NCBI GenBank assembly: GCA_027251445.1
Contig: JAPNQO010000063.1
Span: 1-10,868, forward strand
Reading direction: 5' to 3'
Source of the DNA: Fidelibacterota bacterium
GTDB lineage: Bacteria; Fidelibacterota; Marinisomatia; Marinisomatales; TCS55
Length of the DNA stretch: 10,868 nucleotides
The position numbers and the translations under genes are program-made. This document shows, piece after piece, positions 6,503 to 10,868 of the stretch. The notes beneath the pieces are model-generated. The model did no database searches and had not been told where the DNA came from. It saw only the letters and a program-made list of their open reading frames with translations. The stretch's first letter is position 1. The number at the start of each line of letters is the position of its first letter.

Positions 6503-8302
6503 ATGAATCAAAGTAAGATAAGGAATTTTTGTATTATTGCTCATATTGATCATGGCAAATCAACTTTAGCAGATAGATTATTAGAAGAGACTAAAACATT
6601 ATCTAAAAAAGATATGCAAAATCAAGTGTTAGATAGTATGGATCTTGAAAGAGAAAGAGGCATAACTATTAAAAGTCATCCAATACAGATCCAATACAAT
6701 CATAAGGATGGAAAAACATATATATTAAATCTTATTGATACACCTGGACATGTTGATTTTTCTTATGAAGTCTCTCGATCATTAGCAGCTTGTGAAGGTG
6801 CGTTATTATTAGTGGATGCAGCACAAGGAGTGGAAGCCCAGACTGTAAGCAATACTTATCTAGCTATAGAAAATAATTTACAAGTCATCCCTATAATAAA
6901 TAAAGTAGACCTTCCAAGTGCGCAAATAGACGATGTAACTCGTCAAATTATTGAATTAATAGGTTGCGATAAAGATGAAATTATACTTGCCAGTGCAAAG
7001 AATGGAATAGGTATAGATGAAATTTTTGATGCAATAGTTAATAGAATTACACCTCCAAAAGAAAATATAGAATCACCCTCTAGAGCATTAATATTTGACT
7101 CTACATATGATAATTATAGAGGTGCAATACCTTATGTACGTGTTATTGATGGAGTTTTAAAAGCTGGGTCTACAGCTAAGTTTTTTGGTCATCAACATGA
7201 ATATGAAATAACAGAAGTTGGACATTTTATAATGAAAATGATAAAATCAGATGAATTAAGGTCTGGTGATGTTGGCTACGTAATTGCAAATATTCGTGAC
7301 GTTACACATATAATGCCCGGTGATACTTTGACAACAAAGCAGAACCAGTCTAAAGAAGCACTCCCTGGATATAAAAATATTAAACCAATGGTCTTTTCTG
7401 GTCTATATCCATCAGATAGTGATGACTATAATCAATTGCGAAGTTCCCTAGATAAATTAAAGTTAAATGACGCATCATTAATTTATGAACCAGAAACTAG
7501 TGAGGCATTAGGCTTTGGTTTTCGATGTGGTTTTCTTGGCCTTCTACATATGGAAATTATCCAGGAGCGTTTAGAAAGAGAGTTTGAAGTAAACTTGGTA
7601 ACCACTACTCCAAATGCGAGGTATCTTATTATCAATAAGGATGGTACAGAAATTGAAGTTGATACTCCAGCCAAAATGCCTAAAAGTTCGTATATCGAAA
7701 ATATAAAAGAACCTTACATGTCCTGTGAAATAGTCACCCCTACAGATTATATAGGAAATATAATGAAATTATGTCAAGGAAAGCGCGGTATATATAAGAA
7801 TACGAATTACCTGACCAAAGATAAAGCACAATTACACTATGATCTCCCTTTAGCAGAAATTATTTTTGATTTTTATGATAAATTAAAATCATTGAGTAGA
7901 GGTTATGCATCATTCGACTATGCGTTTTCAGACTATAGAGATGGGAAATTGATGAAGCTTGACATACTCTTAAATGGTGATGTTGTTGATGCTTTATCTA
8001 TTATTACACATGCAGATGACGCTTACGATCGAGGCGTTGCTTTGTGTAGTAAACTAAAAGAATTGATTCCTAGGCAATTATTTGATGTACCTATACAAGC
8101 CTCATTGGGTACTAAAGTAATTTCTAGATCTACTGTAAAAGCGTTAAAAAAGAATGTTACTGCAAAATGTTATGGAGGGGATATCACTAGGAAAAGAAAA
8201 TTATGGGAAAAACAAAAACAAGGTAAAAAGAGGATGAAGTCTATAGGAAAGATTGCAATTCCTCAGGAAGCTCTATTAGCAGTATTACAGATAGATAAAT
8301 AA
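6503..8302 (+). CDS. lepA: Translation elongation factor 4 (LepA)
   Basis: IRNFCIIAHIDHGKSTLADRL (G1), LERERGITIK (G2), LIDTPGHVDF (G3), INKVD (G4), GFGFRCGFLGLLHMEIIQERLEREF, and the LepA C-terminus KNVTAKCYGGDITRKRKLWEKQKQGKKRMK; 599 aa. Confidence 0.99.
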   Translation: MNQSKIRNFCIIAHIDHGKSTLADRLLEETKTLSKKDMQNQVLDSMDLERERGITIKSHPIQIQYNHKDGKTYILNLIDTPGHVDFSYEVSRSLAACEGALLLVDAAQGVEAQTVSNTYLAIENNLQVIPIINKVDLPSAQIDDVTRQIIELIGCDKDEIILASAKNGIGIDEIFDAIVNRITPPKENIESPSRALIFDSTYDNYRGAIPYVRVIDGVLKAGSTAKFFGHQHEYEITEVGHFIMKMIKSDELRSGDVGYVIANIRDVTHIMPGDTLTTKQNQSKEALPGYKNIKPMVFSGLYPSDSDDYNQLRSSLDKLKLNDASLIYEPETSEALGFGFRCGFLGLLHMEIIQERLEREFEVNLVTTTPNARYLIINKDGTEIEVDTPAKMPKSSYIENIKEPYMSCEIVTPTDYIGNIMKLCQGKRGIYKNTNYLTKDKAQLHYDLPLAEIIFDFYDKLKSLSRGYASFDYAFSDYRDGKLMKLDILLNGDVVDALSIITHADDAYDRGVALCSKLKELIPRQLFDVPIQASLGTKVISRSTVKALKKNVTAKCYGGDITRKRKLWEKQKQGKKRMKSIGKIAIPQEALLAVLQIDK

Positions 8303-8308
8303 CTATTA

Positions 8309-9037
8309 GTGAATTCTATGAACAATTCAAATTATTGGTCTGTTACAAATTCACCCTTATATAGTTTTATTTTCACTATACCTTTATTTCTTATTTATGA
8401 GATTGGTGTATTTACAATTTCAGTAAATGATATTGTGGAATTAAGAAACGGCGCAGATGTATTAATGCGGCAAGTATTAGGATTATTTGGCATCTATGGA
8501 GTTTATGGATTTAGCGCATCATTTATGATTGGATTTATGGTTGCATTTTTAAGACAAAAGAAATCTCTTCAATCTACAGCAATACATGGAGAATATTTAA
8601 TTTGGATGTTTTTTGAAAGTATATGTTGGGGAGGTCTTCTTTATATTTTTATGGGGTTTACAGCCCCATTATTAATGACTAATTCTACAGGTACAATGCT
8701 TCAACAGGTAGTTTTATCTATTGGTGCTGGAATTTATGAGGAATTTGTGTTTCGTGTTATCCTTATTGCAGGATTTAGTTCTATATTAGGCTTTGTTTTT
8801 CAATGGAAAAAAATTGCTAAAATAACAAGTGGTATCATTCTATCAGCTGCATTATTCTCACTATTCCACTTTATGGGTGATTATGGTGAGGAACCTAACT
8901 TTTCAGTCTTTATGATGCGTTTTCTTGCTGGTATTTTTCTAGGGTTTATTTATGTTTTTAGAGGATTTGGACCTGCTGCATATGCACATACTGTATATGA
9001 TTTAATTATTCTAACTCTTGTAACAACTCAATTATAA
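8309..9037 (+). CDS. CPBP family (CAAX protease-like/Abi) glutamic-type intramembrane protease
   Basis: Multiple hydrophobic helices and the three family motifs EExxxR (YEEFVFR), FxxxH (FSLFH) and HxxxD/N (HTVYD). Start is GTG at 8309 or ATG at 8318. Confidence 0.9.
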   Translation: MNSMNNSNYWSVTNSPLYSFIFTIPLFLIYEIGVFTISVNDIVELRNGADVLMRQVLGLFGIYGVYGFSASFMIGFMVAFLRQKKSLQSTAIHGEYLIWMFFESICWGGLLYIFMGFTAPLLMTNSTGTMLQQVVLSIGAGIYEEFVFRVILIAGFSSILGFVFQWKKIAKITSGIILSAALFSLFHFMGDYGEEPNFSVFMMRFLAGIFLGFIYVFRGFGPAAYAHTVYDLIILTLVTTQL

Positions 9038-9054
9038 TTATTAGTCAATAATTA
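9035..9054. repeat. Perfect 8-bp inverted repeat TAATTATT-agtc-AATAATTA
   Basis: Arms at 9035-9042 and 9047-9054 are exact reverse complements. The repeat starts at the CPBP stop codon. Function unknown, and both arms are purely A/T. Confidence 0.45.
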
Positions 9055-9092
9055 AATTAGATGTATTATTTTAATTAAAGATATTGATTCAG

Positions 9093-9932
9093 ATGCAGAA
9101 ATACTTATTTATCATACTCTTATTTATTTATAGTTCACTTATTGCAAGCTCTAAGATCAATGATTTGAATGTTTATATCTATCCCGAATACTATTATAGT
9201 GGAGTTATGGTGGAAATAAATGGTAAGATTAATTTACCTGATAGTTCTTTTTCCATGAAAATGCTTGTTCCTACTTTAACAGATTCTGTCTTTTATGTAT
9301 CTGGAACTACCAATGATGAATCTGAAGTTCAAGTATTAGATATAAAGGATGAAAATTCTATGAAATGGGTACATTTAGATTTAAATAAATCTTCATTCAG
9401 AGTATTTGTTTTTTATAATCCATTCAATTCTTCAATAACAAGAAATATTGTATATCCTTTACAATTCACAGCTTCATTAGGTGAATTTCATGTTTTTGTC
9501 CAAGAGCCTCTCGTATCAACAAATTTTAATATTGATTTAGAATCTACCTCTAATAAAGACCAGCATAATATTGTATTCCATCAAATACATTTTCAAGAAC
9601 TAAAAGAAATGTCAAAAGAAGTAATTTACTTTAATTATGATAATCCTTCGAAAAAGACTACAATGCAGTATTTACAAGAAAAATTGGTAAATAACCCAGG
9701 TAGTAATAATGAAGTTCTTGATATGAAAAAAAATAGGACTCCTATTAGACATAGATTGCCGTTATGGGAACCATTCGCAGTGTTGGGCGCTTTATCAATT
9801 TTAGTTGGTGCTTTGTTTCTAAATAATAATCAAAATAAAAGTATTAAAAATAGAAAAAATTATTGTTCAAAGTGTGGTAATAAATTAAAAACTAATGATA
9901 AATTTTGTTCTACTTGTGGAGATAAAGTATAA
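9093..9932 (+). CDS. Single-pass membrane protein with an extracytoplasmic N-terminal domain and a C-terminal zinc ribbon
   Basis: Signal peptide MQKYLFIILLFIYSSLIA (ATG at 9093; alternative TTG at 9084), a beta-rich-looking soluble region, the TM helix WEPFAVLGALSILVGALFL, a basic linker, and a terminal CSKC-x10-CSTC (YCSKCGNKLKTNDKFCSTCGDKV) of zinc_ribbon_2 type. Confidence 0.88.
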   Translation: MQKYLFIILLFIYSSLIASSKINDLNVYIYPEYYYSGVMVEINGKINLPDSSFSMKMLVPTLTDSVFYVSGTTNDESEVQVLDIKDENSMKWVHLDLNKSSFRVFVFYNPFNSSITRNIVYPLQFTASLGEFHVFVQEPLVSTNFNIDLESTSNKDQHNIVFHQIHFQELKEMSKEVIYFNYDNPSKKTTMQYLQEKLVNNPGSNNEVLDMKKNRTPIRHRLPLWEPFAVLGALSILVGALFLNNNQNKSIKNRKNYCSKCGNKLKTNDKFCSTCGDKV

Positions 9933-10798
9933 TGTGGCCTATCGTATATGATTTTGGTTTAATTAGAATATTTGGATTTGAATTTCATCTAGCTATTTAT
10001 TCATATGGTCTTATGTTGGTTGTTGCTTTCTATAGTTGTTATGCATTGCTTTTTAAAGAAATGAAACGTTTAGACTATGATGAAAAAATAGCATCAGATA
10101 TAGTTACTTCTGCAGCATTAGGTGGAATTATTGGATCAAAGATATATTATTTAATAGAAAATTTTGATAGGGTGATTGCAGATCCATATGGAATGATATT
10201 TAGTGGGGCCGGTTTAGTCTTCCTCGGAGGGTTAATGGGCGGTACAATTGGTGTAACCATAGTTTTAAGAAAAAATGATTTACCTTGGCTAAAATTTGCC
10301 GATATAATTGCACCTTTATTAATAATTGGATATTCTATTGGAAGAATAGGTTGTTTTTTAGTTGGCGACGATTACGGTTTACCTACTAAGTCAGTTATTG
10401 GCATATCATTTGAAAATGGTGCTCCACCTACTACATATGAATCACTAGCTTATAATTATCCATGGTTAAATTTATCTAATTGGAATCCAGGTGAAATAAT
10501 TACTGTTTTTCCTACTCAAATAATTGAAACAATCATTGGCTTTGGTATCTTTTTCTTTTTGTGGAATAAAAGACAAGCAGTAATAACTAAAGGCAGCTTA
10601 TTTTTCACTTATTTAATTTTAGCAGGTATAGAAAGATTCTTTATTGAATTCATTAGATTAAATCCAAAATATCTATGGATTGTTAAAGATGCTGTTGGAT
10701 TTTCAGGGGCTCAAGTTATTTCTCTCATAATGATTAGTATTGGGATATATATGTTGAATTATCTCCCAAAATATTCTGAAACTAAAGAAGCAACTTAA
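9932..10798 (+). CDS. lgt: Prolipoprotein diacylglyceryl transferase (divergent Lgt)
   Basis: YSYGLM, GGIIGSKIYY, GLVFLGGLMGG, ADIIAPLLIIGYSIGRIGCFLVGDDYG (Lgt signature region), PTQIIE, ERFFIEFIRLN and SGAQVISL. TAATG overlap with the upstream gene. Confidence 0.92.
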   Translation: MWPIVYDFGLIRIFGFEFHLAIYSYGLMLVVAFYSCYALLFKEMKRLDYDEKIASDIVTSAALGGIIGSKIYYLIENFDRVIADPYGMIFSGAGLVFLGGLMGGTIGVTIVLRKNDLPWLKFADIIAPLLIIGYSIGRIGCFLVGDDYGLPTKSVIGISFENGAPPTTYESLAYNYPWLNLSNWNPGEIITVFPTQIIETIIGFGIFFFLWNKRQAVITKGSLFFTYLILAGIERFFIEFIRLNPKYLWIVKDAVGFSGAQVISLIMISIGIYMLNYLPKYSETKEAT

Positions 10799-10820
10799 TC
10801 ATATAAACCCTATGATTAGG
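10794..10820 (+). promoter_or_regulatory. Putative RNA hairpin containing the lgt stop codon and the downstream start codon
   Basis: CTTAATCATA-taaaccc-TATGATTAGG: 8 contiguous Watson-Crick pairs (10796-10803 with 10811-10818) extended by U-G and C-G pairs. Confidence 0.45.
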
Positions 10821-10868
10821 GCGGTTATTAGTACTTTATTTATCAGCAGTTTAATTGCACAAGGTGTT
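10812..10868 (+). CDS. N-terminal fragment of a probable secreted protein, truncated by the window end
   Basis: ATG 13 nt after the lgt stop, open to the end of the window: MIRAVISTLFISSLIAQGV. This resembles a Sec signal peptide (basic residue, hydrophobic core, LIA-Q cleavage-like site). Confidence 0.65.
   Translation, partial: MIRAVISTLFISSLIAQGV

Noticed and set aside
7483..7674. 63 aa minus-strand ORF
   Set aside because: Antisense to a highly conserved part of lepA.
8309..9037. CPBP ('Abi') protein as an abortive-infection or bacteriocin-immunity gene
   Set aside because: The Abi label for this family is historical, and no bacteriocin precursor, transporter or defence-island genes lie nearby.
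1..10868. tRNA, rRNA, riboswitch, CRISPR array, IS element or prophage
   Set aside because: The longest intergenic gap is under 120 nt and AT-rich. I saw no cloverleaf, spaced direct repeats, transposase or integrase motifs, or obvious compositional break.

Overview
An AT-rich (roughly 30% GC by eye), very densely packed bacterial chromosome segment of mostly core genes. The gene set and style suggest an FCB-group organism, plausibly Ca. Marinimicrobia; this is an inference. The + strand carries a sigma54-type enhancer-binding protein with no sensor domain (5' end at the window edge), lptE, asnS, a LOG/TIGR00725-family protein, acyP, glutamine-dependent nadE and a secreted helical hypothetical protein. 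These converge on a short minus-strand mscS. A 116-119 bp divergent gap then precedes lepA, a CPBP intramembrane protease, a single-pass membrane protein with a C-terminal zinc ribbon, a divergent lgt, and the start of another secreted protein. I found no RNA genes, mobile elements, CRISPR arrays or defence systems, and no clear-cut new system. The best leads are envelope-related: an acidic DxDxDG (Ca-binding-like) insert in LptE, an Lgt lacking both conserved histidines, an MscS lacking its C-terminal alpha/beta domain, a CPBP/zinc-ribbon/lgt module, and a hairpin joining the lgt stop region to the next start codon.
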